Counted from the first letter of the stretch, positions 29,563 to 40,209 are shown. The stretch: 61,911 bases of DNA from Pseudomonadota bacterium (GCA_039804965.1 JBDLVD010000001.1:1-61911), one strand, 5' to 3'. Made by a program: numbers and translations. The notes: a model not told the origin generated them from the sequence alone.

Positions 29563-31824
29563 TTACCCCACCACGCCCGCAGCGGCCAGCACGGCCAGCG
29601 TCAGCACGTCGGGCGCGGTTGCGGTCATCGGGGCGATCTGCACCGGCTTTTCCATCCCGATCAGCATCGGCCCGATGGTGGCATTACCCGCCAGTTCGCG
29701 CAGCAGCTTGGCCGAAAGGTTGGCCGATTGCAGGCCCGGCATCACCAGCACGTTGGCGGGGCCAGACAGGCGGCTGAACGGATAGAGCGCCATCACCTTG
29801 GGGTTCAGCGCCGCATCGGGCGCCATTTCGCCTTCGTATTCGAAGCCCGGATCCTTGCCGTCGAGAATATGGACCGCATCGCGGATCCCTTCCAGCCAGC
29901 GCCCCGGCGGGTTGCCGAAAGTGGAATAGGACAGGAACGCCACGCGCGGTTCATGCCCCAGCCGCCGCGCCACGGCGGCGGTTTCGCAGGCGATATGCGC
30001 CAGCTGTTCGGCGCTGGGCCGTTCGTTGATGGTCGTATCGGCCAAGAACACGGTGTAATTCTTGCCGATCATCAGATGCACGCCGAACGGCGTCTGCCCA
30101 GCCTTGGGATCGAGCACGCGGCTGACTTCGCGCATGGTCTGGGCGAACGGGCGGGTGATGCCCGAAATCATCGCATCGCCATGGCCCAGCGCCAGCAACA
30201 GGCTGGCGAAGGTGTTGCGATCCTGATTGACCATGCGGCGCACGTCGCGTTCGGTATGGCCGCGCCGCTGCAGGCGGGCATAGAGGTAATCGACCATGCC
30301 CGGCACCAGCGGAGAATCGGCGGAATTCTGCACTTCGAACGCGGCGGGATCACCCACACCCAATTCTGCCAGCTTTTCGCGCACAGCCTGCGTGCGACCG
30401 ACCAGCACCGGTGTGCCATAACCGAATTCGCGGAACTGCACCGCCGCCCGCAGCACCACTTCTTCTTCAGCTTCCGCGAAGATTACCCGCTTGGGGTTGT
30501 TCTTCACTTCGGCATAGACGCTGGTCAGCGCCGAGGTGGTCGGGTTCAGCCGGCTTTTCAGTTGGTGGCGATAGGCGTCGAAATCCTTGATCGGCTTCTT
30601 GGCCACGCCGCTGTCCATCGCCGCACGGGCAACGGCGGCAGACACCACTTCCATCAGACGCGGATCGAACGGCGCCGGGATGATGTAATCGTGGCCGAAC
30701 TGCTGATTCTTGCCATAGGCGGCGGACACTTCTTCCGGCACCGACTGGCGCGCCAGTTCCGCAATCGCGCGCGCTGCGGCGATCTTCATTTCTTCGTTGA
30801 TCGCGGTCGCCTGCACGTCCAGCGCGCCGCGGAAGATGAACGGGAAGCCCAGCACGTTGTTGACCTGGTTCGGATAGTCCGACCGGCCAGTGGCGATGAT
30901 CGCATCGGGGCGCACGGCCTTGGCATCGTCCGGGGTGATTTCCGGGTCCGGGTTGGCCATCGCGAAGATGATCGGCTGGGGTGCCATCTTGGCCACCCAT
31001 TCGGGCTTCAGCGCGCCGGCGGCGGACAGGCCAAGGAAGATGTCCGCGCCTTCCAGCGCTTCTTCCAGCGTGCGCCGATCCGTATCCACGGCGTGGGCGC
31101 TTTTCCACTGATCGACATTTTCGCGCCCGCGCCAGATCACGCCCGAACGATCGCACATGATGACGTTTTCGTGCCGCACGCCCAGCGCCTTTATCAGCGC
31201 GGTGCAGGCAATGGCGGAAGCGCCTGCGCCGTTCACCACCATGCGCACGTCTTCCAGCTTGCGCCCGGTCAGGTGGCAGGCATTGAGCAGGCCGGCGGCG
31301 GAAATGATCGCGGTGCCGTGCTGGTCATCGTGCATGACCGGGATCTTCATCCGTTCACGCAGCGCCTGTTCGATCACGAAGCATTCGGGCGCCTTGATGT
31401 CTTCAAGGTTGATGCCGCCGAAACTGGGTTCCATCAGCGCCACGGCGTTGATGAAGGCTTCGGGATCTTCGGTGTCGAGTTCGATATCGATCGAATCCAC
31501 GTCGGCGAAGCGCTTGAACAGCACCGCCTTGCCTTCCATCACCGGCTTGGCCGCCAGCGCGCCAAGGTTGCCCATGCCAAGGATGGCGGTGCCATTGGTG
31601 ATGACGGCAACAAGGTTGGAACGGGCGGTGTAGCGCGCGGCATTGGCGGGATCGTCCGCAATCGCCTGCACCGGCACGGCAACGCCGGGGGAATAGGCCA
31701 GCGACAGATCGCGCTGGGTTGCCATCGGCTTCGAAGCGACGATCTCGATTTTGCCCGGACGGACGGTTTCGTGATAGAAAAGCGCCTCGCGCGCGGTGAA
31801 GCTGTTGTTGGTTTCGTCGGCCAC
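29563..31824 (-). CDS. maeB: NADP-dependent malic enzyme with PTA-like domain
   Basis: DLSLAYSPGV, KPVMEGKA, INLEDI, HDDQHGTA; C-terminal phosphotransacetylase-like domain. Confidence 0.97.
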   Translation of the reverse strand: MADETNNSFTAREALFYHETVRPGKIEIVASKPMATQRDLSLAYSPGVAVPVQAIADDPANAARYTARSNLVAVITNGTAILGMGNLGALAAKPVMEGKAVLFKRFADVDSIDIELDTEDPEAFINAVALMEPSFGGINLEDIKAPECFVIEQALRERMKIPVMHDDQHGTAIISAAGLLNACHLTGRKLEDVRMVVNGAGASAIACTALIKALGVRHENVIMCDRSGVIWRGRENVDQWKSAHAVDTDRRTLEEALEGADIFLGLSAAGALKPEWVAKMAPQPIIFAMANPDPEITPDDAKAVRPDAIIATGRSDYPNQVNNVLGFPFIFRGALDVQATAINEEMKIAAARAIAELARQSVPEEVSAAYGKNQQFGHDYIIPAPFDPRLMEVVSAAVARAAMDSGVAKKPIKDFDAYRHQLKSRLNPTTSALTSVYAEVKNNPKRVIFAEAEEEVVLRAAVQFREFGYGTPVLVGRTQAVREKLAELGVGDPAAFEVQNSADSPLVPGMVDYLYARLQRRGHTERDVRRMVNQDRNTFASLLLALGHGDAMISGITRPFAQTMREVSRVLDPKAGQTPFGVHLMIGKNYTVFLADTTINERPSAEQLAHIACETAAVARRLGHEPRVAFLSYSTFGNPPGRWLEGIRDAVHILDGKDPGFEYEGEMAPDAALNPKVMALYPFSRLSGPANVLVMPGLQSANLSAKLLRELAGNATIGPMLIGMEKPVQIAPMTATAPDVLTLAVLAAAGVVG

Positions 31825-31970
31825 GCCCGTCTCCCTTTCCCGCGCACTAGCGCGCGATGGTTACAGGCGAAAGTGCGGATCAGTCGCAAACTGTCGATCT
31901 TTGCGGAATCAAGCACTGTTCCAGCGCGCGGGCCGCCACCACGGGCGCCCACACCTGCCCCGCCGAACCG

Positions 31971-32579
31971 TTATTCTTCCAGTTCGATGTCCCAATACAG
32001 CCAGTCGAGCCAGGTTTCGTGCAGGTGATGCGGGGGGAAGCTGCGGCCCTGTTGCTGCAGTTGCCAGCTGGTCGGCCGGATCGGCGGCACCAGCGGGTGC
32101 ATCCGCGCCTGCGCCGGTGTGCGGCCACCCTTGCGCATGTTGCACGGCGCGCAGGCGGCGATGATGTTTTCCCAGCTTGTCTTCCCACCCAGCCGCCGCG
32201 GCACCACGTGATCGAAAGTCAGGTTGTGCGGGCTGCCGCAATACTGGCAGGCAAAGCGATCGCGCAGGAACAGGTTGAAGCGGGTGAAGGCCGGAAATTC
32301 CGACGGCTTCACATATTGCCGCAACGCGATGACGGAAGGGATCTTCATGTCCAGCGAAGGGGAATGCACTTCCCGGTCATAGCTGGCCACGATGTCCACC
32401 CGTTCCAGAAACACCGCCTTGATCGCCGTTTGCCACGGCCACAGGCTGAGCGGGTAATAGGACAACGGGGTGTAATCCGCGTTGAGCACCAGCGCGGGGC
32501 AGCTTTCCAGCCGCCGGGTGGGATCTTCCAACGCGCTGCGGAACTGCGCGGCGCGGTCAATCAGTTCGGCCTTGAACAC
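31971..32579 (-). CDS. HNH endonuclease (McrA-like)
   Basis: ALVLNADY, RD..CQYCG, TFDHVVP, CAPCN.RKG; probable GTG start after GGGAGG. Confidence 0.9.
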   Translation of the reverse strand: MFKAELIDRAAQFRSALEDPTRRLESCPALVLNADYTPLSYYPLSLWPWQTAIKAVFLERVDIVASYDREVHSPSLDMKIPSVIALRQYVKPSEFPAFTRFNLFLRDRFACQYCGSPHNLTFDHVVPRRLGGKTSWENIIAACAPCNMRKGGRTPAQARMHPLVPPIRPTSWQLQQQGRSFPPHHLHETWLDWLYWDIELEE

Positions 32580-32692
32580 AGATGGTGTCCTCCCTGATAG
32601 GGCGAACGGAGCATTTGCATTCACAAGCGTCAAGTCTGTTACAGGCAGCTGATCCACAGCAATCTGGGGCGCAGTAACCGATGGAGGGGCAC

Positions 32693-33523
32693 ATGGTGAC
32701 AACGCGCTTTGCGCCCAGCCCCAATGGGCCGCTGCATCTGGGCCATGCCTTGTCCGCGATCATCGCACATGATCTGGCAGCGCAACGCGGCGGGCGTTTC
32801 CTGCTGCGGGTAGAAGATATCGACGGCGCCCGTTCGCGCCCGGAACTGGCGCAGGCCTTCCGCGACGATCTGGCGTGGCTGGGTCTGACGTGGGACGAAG
32901 TGCCGCCGCAATCGCAGCGCGTTGCCAGCTACCTCGCTGCGGCGGATCAGCTGAAGGCGCTCGGCCTGCTTTATCCATGCACCTGCACACGGGCGCAAAT
33001 CGCTGCGGCGGCAAAGCTCGCCGGGCCGGAAGGGCCGATCTACCCGGGCACCTGCCGCACCCATCCGATCGAGCCGACCGGCCCGGTCGCATGGCGGCTG
33101 GACGTGGCGCAGGCGATGGAGCTGGCCGGGCCGCTCACCTGGCAAGACGAACGGGCCGGGACGCAAGTGGCACGCCCTGATTTGCTCGGGGACGTGGTGC
33201 TGCTGCGCAAGGATGCAGATACCCCCGCCAGTTATCACCTCGCCGCGACGCTGGACGATGCGGCGGACGGGGTAACGCTGGTGACCCGCGGGATGGACCT
33301 GTTCCCCGCCAGCCATCTGCACCGGCTGTTGCAGGCGCTGCTCGGGCTGCCGGTGCCGGTGTGGCACCACCATCCGCTGCTGCTGGATGAAACCGGGCGC
33401 AAGCTGGCCAAGCGACGCGGATCGCCATCGCTGGCAGACAGGCGGGCCTCGGGCGAAGAGGGGCAAGCACTGGCAAGCGCGTTACGCGCCGGGCGGTTTC
33501 CCGCTGGCATTACAGCCGGCTAA
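32693..33523 (+). CDS. gluQ: Glutamyl-Q tRNA(Asp) synthetase
   Basis: RFAPSPNG.LHLGH, LRVEDID, CTCTR, YPGTCR, KLAKR; no anticodon-binding domain. Confidence 0.93.
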   Translation: MVTTRFAPSPNGPLHLGHALSAIIAHDLAAQRGGRFLLRVEDIDGARSRPELAQAFRDDLAWLGLTWDEVPPQSQRVASYLAAADQLKALGLLYPCTCTRAQIAAAAKLAGPEGPIYPGTCRTHPIEPTGPVAWRLDVAQAMELAGPLTWQDERAGTQVARPDLLGDVVLLRKDADTPASYHLAATLDDAADGVTLVTRGMDLFPASHLHRLLQALLGLPVPVWHHHPLLLDETGRKLAKRRGSPSLADRRASGEEGQALASALRAGRFPAGITAG

Positions 33524-33540
33524 CGCCTACACCATCGGGC

Positions 33541-33768
33541 ATGAAAAGCTTCATGTGGATCGTCATCATTGCCCTGATGGTAATGGTCGTTGTCTCGCTG
33601 GTGCGCGGCATCATCGCCTTTCTTGCGACCACCAAGCAGGATATCGAAAACGGCAGCGACCGCATCCATGAACTGCAACTGATGCAGAACAAGATGATGT
33701 TTTCGCGCATCAAGTATCAGGCGATGGCGATCATCGCACTGGTGCTGCTGATGATGATGGCGCGCTGA
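33541..33768 (+). CDS. HIG1/twin-TM-helix small protein
   Basis: Two TM helices flanking QNKMMFSRIKYQ. Confidence 0.85.
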   Translation: MKSFMWIVIIALMVMVVVSLVRGIIAFLATTKQDIENGSDRIHELQLMQNKMMFSRIKYQAMAIIALVLLMMMAR

Positions 33769-33786
33769 CACGGCCCTGCCGAACCG

Positions 33787-34353
33787 ATGGTCCGGCTCAA
33801 CCGCATCTACACCGGCACGGGTGACGACGGCACCACCGGGCTCGTCGATGGCAGCCGCCTGCCCAAGCACTCGCCCCGGCTGGAAGCGGTCGGCGCGGTG
33901 GACGAACTCAATTCGCTGATCGGCTGGGCCGTGCTGGCACAATCGGGGGATGCGGCCGGCGATCTCGTCCGCATCCAGAACGATCTATTCGATCTGGGCG
34001 CCGATCTGGCAACGCCGGGAACGGACTTCGCGCCATCGGAAATGGTGCTGCGGATCGGGCCTGTTCAGGCCGAATGGCTGGAACAGCGGATGGACGCGCT
34101 GAATGCCGATTTGCAGCCGCTCAGAAGCTTCATCCTGCCCGGGGGCAGTGACGGTGCAGCGCGGTTGCATGTGGCTCGCAGTGCAACCCGCAAGGCGGAA
34201 AGGGCGATGACCGCGCTGGCTGCGGCAGATGCCGTAAATCCGGCGGCGCTGGTCTATATCAACCGTCTGTCGGACTATCTTTTCGTCCTCGCGCGCGCTG
34301 TAAATGCAGGCGAAACCGGCGATGTCCTCTGGCAACCGGGCGCGAACCGCTAG
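33787..34353 (+). CDS. PduO-type cob(I)alamin adenosyltransferase
   Basis: IYTGTGDDGTT, DELNS, FILPGG, INRLSDYLF. Confidence 0.95.
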   Translation: MVRLNRIYTGTGDDGTTGLVDGSRLPKHSPRLEAVGAVDELNSLIGWAVLAQSGDAAGDLVRIQNDLFDLGADLATPGTDFAPSEMVLRIGPVQAEWLEQRMDALNADLQPLRSFILPGGSDGAARLHVARSATRKAERAMTALAAADAVNPAALVYINRLSDYLFVLARAVNAGETGDVLWQPGANR

Positions 34354-34407
34354 CCACGCCAACCACCTGCGGCTATCCAATGCTGCACTTGCGAAGGAGC
34401 GGCACTC

Positions 34408-35277
34408 ATGCAGACCATCGGGATCATCGGCGCAGGCCAGATGGGCACGGGAATCGCCCAGATTTCAGCACATTGCGGCCATCGGGTGCTGCTGCTGGAT
34501 CGGGACATCGCTCTCGCTGAAAAGGCCCGCGACGGCATTGGCCAGCGGTTGGCCCGGCTGGTGGAAAAGGACAAGATCGACGCCGCGCAAGCTGCTGAAA
34601 TCATTGCCCGCATCATCCCCGGTGCCGATTACGCGCCACTGGCCGAAGCAGCCTTCATCATCGAAGCCGCGACTGAGCGGGAAGACATCAAGCAGGCAAT
34701 CTTCGCTCAGGCCGGCAAAGTGCTGGCCCCCGATGCGGTCCTTGCCACAAACACCAGTTCCATCCCCATCACCCGCATGGCAGCCGCCACTGCCGATCCC
34801 AAGCGCTTCATCGGCCTGCATTTTTTCAACCCGGTGCCGCTGATGGCCTTGGTGGAAATCATCCCCGGCCTTGCCACTTCCCCCGAAACCACCAGCCGAA
34901 CCCGCGCCTTTGCCACCGGTCTGGGAAAGGAAGTGGTGCTGAGCGGGGACGAACCCGGCTTCATCATCAACCGCATCCTGTTGCCGATGATCAACGAAGC
35001 GGCCTTCGTGCTGGGCAGCGGCACAGCGGACGTGGCGGATATCGACAAAGGGTGCCGGCTGGGCCTGAATCACCCGATGGGACCGCTGGAACTGGCTGAT
35101 TTCATTGGCCTCGACACTTGCCTCGAAATCATGCGCGTGATCTTCGATGGCACGGGCGACAGCAAATATCGCCCTGCTCCGCTGCTCGTCAAATATGTCG
35201 AAGCCGGCTGGCTTGGCCGCAAGGCGGGCAAAGGTTTCTACGATTATTCAGGCGACGAACCCCACCCCACCCGCTGA
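34408..35277 (+). CDS. hbd: 3-hydroxybutyryl-CoA dehydrogenase
   Basis: GAGQMG, IEAATE, TNTSSI, HFFNP, HPMGP. Confidence 0.93.
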   Translation: MQTIGIIGAGQMGTGIAQISAHCGHRVLLLDRDIALAEKARDGIGQRLARLVEKDKIDAAQAAEIIARIIPGADYAPLAEAAFIIEAATEREDIKQAIFAQAGKVLAPDAVLATNTSSIPITRMAAATADPKRFIGLHFFNPVPLMALVEIIPGLATSPETTSRTRAFATGLGKEVVLSGDEPGFIINRILLPMINEAAFVLGSGTADVADIDKGCRLGLNHPMGPLELADFIGLDTCLEIMRVIFDGTGDSKYRPAPLLVKYVEAGWLGRKAGKGFYDYSGDEPHPTR

Positions 35278-35279
35278 CG

Positions 35280-35305
35280 GGAACAGCCACACAGCCACAC
35301 CCGTT
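35280..35305 (+). promoter_or_regulatory. SigmaEcfG (general stress response) promoter
   Basis: GGAAC-N17-CGTT exact consensus, 24 nt before the ATG of the acidic protein. Confidence 0.75.
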
Positions 35306-35328
35306 GGCATGGGGAAGGAGCCATCCCC

Positions 35329-35649
35329 ATGATCGACAAACCCCGCGCTGATGCTGAAGAATCCGAAAATGCCGAACAGGATGACGAGGCCGCGCAAAGC
35401 CAGACCGTCGCCGGCCAAGCGCTACATGGCGAAAGCCGCGATCCCAGCCCGCTCGACAGCGTCAAGCACAGCAATGACAGCGGCTTGATGGACGATTCCA
35501 CGCAGGATCTGGTCGATCATATGCGCGACATGGAACAAAGCGGCCGGATCGACATGGGCGCCTATCGCGGCGAGCCAAACCACGACGATGACGAGGACAA
35601 ATACGGCGAGGCGAACAAGGAAGACGATCTGCCTGCCGGGGGTTCCTGA
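35329..35649 (+). CDS. Small highly acidic hypothetical protein
   Basis: AAGGAG RBS; D/E-rich, QDLVDHMRDME.SGRIDM.AYRGEPN. Confidence 0.8.
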   Translation: MIDKPRADAEESENAEQDDEAAQSQTVAGQALHGESRDPSPLDSVKHSNDSGLMDDSTQDLVDHMRDMEQSGRIDMGAYRGEPNHDDDEDKYGEANKEDDLPAGGS

Positions 35650-35656
35650 ACCGCCG

Positions 35657-38254
35657 TCAGTCGGCCGCTTCGCGCTTCAGCTGATAAAGCAGGTCCAACG
35701 CCTCGCGCGGGCTGAGGGCATCCACGTCCAGTGCCTGCAACCTGTCGCGCAAGGCATCGCACTGTTCTTCCTGAGCCGCAGCGGCAGCGGCGAACAATGG
35801 CAGATCGCCCAGACCCGCGGCCAGCCCGCCGGTTTCCGCGCGGCCTTTTTCCAGCCGGTCGAGAATGGCTTTCGCACGCCCGATCACATCGGCCGGAACC
35901 CCGGCCAGCCGCGCCACGGCAAGACCATAGGAACGATCCGCCGCGCCTTCGGCCAATTCGTGCAGCAGGACCAGTTCGCCCTTCCACTCACGCGCCCGCA
36001 CGTGGTGCAATGTCAGGGCATCGCAGCTTTCGGCCAGCCGCGCCATTTCATGGTAATGGGTGGCGAACAGGCAGCGGCAGCGGTTCCGGCCGTGGATCGC
36101 TTCGGCCACGGCCCAGGCCAGCGCCAGCCCATCATAGGTGGATGTTCCGCGGCCCACTTCATCCAGAATCACGAAGCTGCGGTCGGTCGCGCGGGCAAGG
36201 ATGGCGGCAGTTTCCACCATTTCGACCATGAAGGTTGATCGGCCCCGCGCCAGGTTGTCCGATGCCCCCACACGGCTGAACAGCCGGTCGACCAGCCCCA
36301 CTTTAGCCCGTGCCGCAGGAACGAAGCCGCCCGCCTGCGCCAGCAGGACGATCAAAGCATTCTGCCGCAGGAACGTTGATTTGCCGCCCATGTTGGGCCC
36401 GCCAACCAGCCACAACCGGTCCTGCGCGCCCAGCCGGCAATCGTTGGCCACAAACCGTTCGCCCCGCTTGGCCAGTGCGGCTTCCACCACCGGGTGCCGC
36501 CCGCCTTCGATTTGAAGGCATGGCTGGTCGTCGATTTCCGGCTGCACCCAGCCGCCCTCTGCCGCGCGCTCCGCCTGTCCGGCGGCAACGTCGATCCGGG
36601 CGACGGCAGCGGCCGTGGCGGCGATGCGTTCGCGCGCCGCGACAACTTCGCCCACCAGTTCTTCGAAATGCGCTTCTTCCGCTGCCATGGCATGGCCACC
36701 CGCTTCCGCAATGCGGCTGGCTTCTTCGTGCAATTGCACCGAATTGAAACGCACGGCGCCGGCCATGGTCTGGCGATGGGTAAACCCGCTTTCGGGCGCC
36801 ATCAGCCGGTCCGCATGGCGTGCAGGCACTTCGATGAAATAGCCGAGCACGCCATTGTGGCGAATCTTCAACGCGGCAATGCCGGTCTCGTCGCGATAGC
36901 GGGCCTCCATCGCCGCGATAGCGCGGCGGGCATTGCCAGAAACGCTGCGCAATTCGTCCAGCGCCGCATCATAACCTTCGGCGATGAACCCGCCCGAAGC
37001 GCGCTCCGTCGGCGGGGAAGGCACCAGCGCACGCGCGAGAAGATCGGTCAGGGCGCCGTGTCCGCCCATGGCGGGCAGCAGTGTTTCCAGCAAAGCCGGC
37101 TTGTCCTGCCGGGACTGCACATGATCGCGCACGCGGCGGGCTTCCGACAGGCCATCGCGGATCTGGCCAAGGTCGCGCGGGCTGCCGCGCCCGGCAACCA
37201 CGCGGCCAAGCGCACGGCCGATATCGGGCATGGCCCGCAACACTTCGCGCAAATCCCCCCGCAGCAAAGGATCGTCGTGCAACCAGCGCACGAAATGCAG
37301 CCGCTGCTCGATCGCCGGGCGCGATGCCAGCGGGGCGGACAGATCCAGCGCCAGTTGCCGCGCCCCTGCGCCGGTAACGCAGCGGTCGACCGCCGCCAGC
37401 AGACTGCCACTGCGCCCGCCGCTCTGCGCTTCGGTGATTTCAAGGCTGGCGCGGGTCGCTTCGTCCATGGCCAGCGCGATGCCGCCATCGTGCACCAGCG
37501 GCGGCAAGAGCAGCGGCAGATTGCCGCGTCCGACGTGGTCAAGATAGGCGATCAGTCCACCCGCCGCCGCCAGCATCGCCCGGCTGAAGCTGCCGAACCC
37601 GTCCAGCGTGGCGACGCCGTGCACGGCTTTCAGCCGCGCTTCCCCGTCGTCGCTGCCGAAATCCCGGCGCGGACGAACAATGGCGCTATCGGGCGCCATG
37701 TCCCATTCTTCCGGGGCAACCACTTCACTCGCACCCAGACGCGCAAGCGCAGCGGGAATGCCTGCGGCATCGCATTCCTCCAGCTCCATCCGACCGGTGG
37801 AGATATCGCAGGATGCGATGCCGACAGTCCCACGCAGATCGCACAGCGCAGCCAGAACATTCGCCCGGCGCGGCTCCAGCAACGCCTCTTCCGTCAAAGT
37901 CCCGGCGGTGACGAAACGGACAATGGCCCGTGCCACCAGCGCCTTGGAACCGCCGCGCTTCTTCGCTTCTTCCGGACTCTCGGTCTGTTCCGCGATGGCC
38001 ACGCGGCACCCGGCCTTGATCAGCCGGGCGAGGTAGCCTTCAGCCGAATGAACCGGCACGCCGCACATCGGGATCGGCACACCGCCATGTTCACCCCGGC
38101 TGGTCAGCGCGATATCCAGGACGCTGCTGGCCGTCCGTGCATCGTCGAAGAAAAGTTCGAAGAAATCGCCCATGCGATAGAACAGCAGGCAATCGGCAGC
38201 CTCCGCCTTCAGCGCCAGATACTGCGTCATCATCGGGGTGGGTGCGTCAGCCAT
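35657..38254 (-). CDS. mutS: DNA mismatch repair protein MutS
   Basis: TPMM.QY, FYRMGDFFELF, GPNMGGKST, STFMVEM, DEVGRGTS, SYG. Confidence 0.99.
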   Translation of the reverse strand: MADAPTPMMTQYLALKAEAADCLLFYRMGDFFELFFDDARTASSVLDIALTSRGEHGGVPIPMCGVPVHSAEGYLARLIKAGCRVAIAEQTESPEEAKKRGGSKALVARAIVRFVTAGTLTEEALLEPRRANVLAALCDLRGTVGIASCDISTGRMELEECDAAGIPAALARLGASEVVAPEEWDMAPDSAIVRPRRDFGSDDGEARLKAVHGVATLDGFGSFSRAMLAAAGGLIAYLDHVGRGNLPLLLPPLVHDGGIALAMDEATRASLEITEAQSGGRSGSLLAAVDRCVTGAGARQLALDLSAPLASRPAIEQRLHFVRWLHDDPLLRGDLREVLRAMPDIGRALGRVVAGRGSPRDLGQIRDGLSEARRVRDHVQSRQDKPALLETLLPAMGGHGALTDLLARALVPSPPTERASGGFIAEGYDAALDELRSVSGNARRAIAAMEARYRDETGIAALKIRHNGVLGYFIEVPARHADRLMAPESGFTHRQTMAGAVRFNSVQLHEEASRIAEAGGHAMAAEEAHFEELVGEVVAARERIAATAAAVARIDVAAGQAERAAEGGWVQPEIDDQPCLQIEGGRHPVVEAALAKRGERFVANDCRLGAQDRLWLVGGPNMGGKSTFLRQNALIVLLAQAGGFVPAARAKVGLVDRLFSRVGASDNLARGRSTFMVEMVETAAILARATDRSFVILDEVGRGTSTYDGLALAWAVAEAIHGRNRCRCLFATHYHEMARLAESCDALTLHHVRAREWKGELVLLHELAEGAADRSYGLAVARLAGVPADVIGRAKAILDRLEKGRAETGGLAAGLGDLPLFAAAAAAQEEQCDALRDRLQALDVDALSPREALDLLYQLKREAAD

Positions 38255-38323
38255 GCGTCGCACCGATTAGCGCAAGGCACGGCCCCGGTCATGGTCCCCG
38301 GCGCATTCAGTTGAGGATAGGTT

Positions 38324-38743
38324 TCACTGATCGATCAAAGGATGGTGTTTGTCGAGATGGCGGCGGATGATCCGCAGGTTGCGGGTGTTCGACCGGAACA
38401 GGAAATCGAACAGATCGCCCGCCACCGGGATCGCGCCCACGGCCGTATCGAATGCGACGTTGCCGGCCATGCGCCACAGCTGCCAGCGCGACAGGCCGAG
38501 GTTGCGGGCTTCCCAGATCATGTAGGCACCCATCCCCGCCCCGATCACGTCACCCACGACCGGAACCAATCCCACCACGGCATCAAGGCCCACCGGTGCG
38601 TTGATGCCCGGGATCGTGAAACTGCGTTCCAGCAGGCGCTCCAGTGCTTCCACGCGCTGGCGGATCGCGGCGGGATCGTTACCCAGCGGCAGCGACTTTC
38701 CCATCGGGCGCGGGCGGACAGGCCGGTCGGAGCGGATCTTCAT
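38324..38743 (-). CDS. DUF4112-family membrane protein
   Basis: GLDAVVGLVPVVGD, GAIPVAGDLFD..FRSNTRN. Confidence 0.88.
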   Translation of the reverse strand: MKIRSDRPVRPRPMGKSLPLGNDPAAIRQRVEALERLLERSFTIPGINAPVGLDAVVGLVPVVGDVIGAGMGAYMIWEARNLGLSRWQLWRMAGNVAFDTAVGAIPVAGDLFDFLFRSNTRNLRIIRRHLDKHHPLIDQ

Positions 38744-38748
38744 GTGTA

Positions 38749-40209
38749 TTATCTGGGTATAACAGCAAGCGCCTGCAAGGGGTGATAAGCCCAGCTGTTG
38801 GGGGCAAACCCGTCCACCGTGCCGCGCACCAGCGAAAAGCGCAGCGGTGGCCCGATGGGGATGAACACATTGGCCAGCGTCAGCCGTGCTTCGGCCCGGG
38901 CCATCAACTGCGCGCGCGCGGCCGGGTCGATCGTCTGCGCGGCTTGCGCCACCAGTGCGTCGCCCTCGCTATCGCACAGACCGCGTTTCAGGCCACAGTT
39001 GAACTGGTTGAGGAACCACTGCGGCGCGGCGTAACGGGCCACCAGATCGACCAGCTCCAGATCGGCGGCGGCGTTTTCACCCACCCGGTCCAGCCGAATG
39101 CCGACCCGGGCATATTGCGCTGCCAGTTCGCGATAGAGCAGGTCCAGCCCCGGCCCTTTCCCCATGGCCAGGCTCAACCGCACCGGCCCATGGGACGAAC
39201 GCCATGCCGCAACGCGGCGCGCAGCTGCGGCGCTGCGATCTTCCATGCCCACGGCCTGCCAGCGTTCTCCCACCAGCCCCGGATCTTCCGCCAGCCCGGG
39301 CGGAACGAGACGCGTGGTCGGCGACCAGCCGCCGATGTTGTAGATGGCCATCACCGCCGGGCGATCCATCGCCAGCGCCAGCACTTCACGGTTTTCCTGC
39401 CGCGCGAGAAACCCTTCGCCGCGGCGAACTTGCAAGCCGAACAGGCCCAGCGCCGGATCGACCCGCACCGTTCCGCGAGACAGCGGCCCGGTATCGGCCA
39501 GCGGCAACGATCCGATCCGACCGCCCAGCACCATGTCCACTTCACCATCGTCAAACCGGCGGATAGCGGTCCTTGCATCGGCGGGGATCAGCCGGACAGG
39601 GCGCACATGCGCCTGCCAGTCTGCCGTCTCCGGCTCTCCCCGGTCACGTGGGGGCTTCATGGAAAACAGCACCGCGCCATGGTCGCGCTTCATCCGCATC
39701 GGCCCGCCCGGACCACCGCGCGCCAAGGCCATTTCCGGCTGGGCCAGCACTTGCAACAGCATCGGGAACGGGCGCGACAGGCGAATTTCTACAACACGCC
39801 CGGCCATTGCCCGCACGTCTGATACGGCGGACAGGTCCAGCCCCAGCGACGTGCCGCGCAACCGCATCATCGCATCGCGCAATTGCGTGCGGGCACTGTC
39901 GGCGGTCAGCGGTTTACCATCGGCCCAATCGCCATCGCGCAAGCGGAAGATGAAGCTGAGCCCGTCGTCGGTGACAATCCAGCGATCCGCCAATGCCGGG
40001 ATCGGTTCCCCCCGTTCGTCCAGCGAAACCAGCCCAGCCCCGGTCGCCCCGCGCAAATGCTGCGCGCCCGGAGAAAGGCGCACACCTTGTGCGGTAATGG
40101 CGGCAGGGGCATCGATGAAGACAACTTCCAGCGGCCCATCGGTTGAACGGCCGCAGGCCGCCAGCGCGGCAAAGGCAAACAGCAGCAGAAAGGGCCGCAA
40201 GGACAACAT
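38749..40209 (-). CDS. Family 5 ABC substrate-binding lipoprotein
   Basis: LAAC lipobox; GLV..D..G...PALA..W...DDG...FRLR..W.DG.PLTA signature; start codon uncertain (40209 or 40242). Confidence 0.85.
   Translation of the reverse strand: MLSLRPFLLLFAFAALAACGRSTDGPLEVVFIDAPAAITAQGVRLSPGAQHLRGATGAGLVSLDERGEPIPALADRWIVTDDGLSFIFRLRDGDWADGKPLTADSARTQLRDAMMRLRGTSLGLDLSAVSDVRAMAGRVVEIRLSRPFPMLLQVLAQPEMALARGGPGGPMRMKRDHGAVLFSMKPPRDRGEPETADWQAHVRPVRLIPADARTAIRRFDDGEVDMVLGGRIGSLPLADTGPLSRGTVRVDPALGLFGLQVRRGEGFLARQENREVLALAMDRPAVMAIYNIGGWSPTTRLVPPGLAEDPGLVGERWQAVGMEDRSAAAARRVAAWRSSHGPVRLSLAMGKGPGLDLLYRELAAQYARVGIRLDRVGENAAADLELVDLVARYAAPQWFLNQFNCGLKRGLCDSEGDALVAQAAQTIDPAARAQLMARAEARLTLANVFIPIGPPLRFSLVRGTVDGFAPNSWAYHPLQALAVIPR

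Noticed and set aside
31971-32579. HNH gene as a mobile, defence or GTA packaging nuclease
   Set aside because: Solitary McrA-like HNH among housekeeping genes, 15 kb from the terminase, with no methylase, repeats or compositional shift
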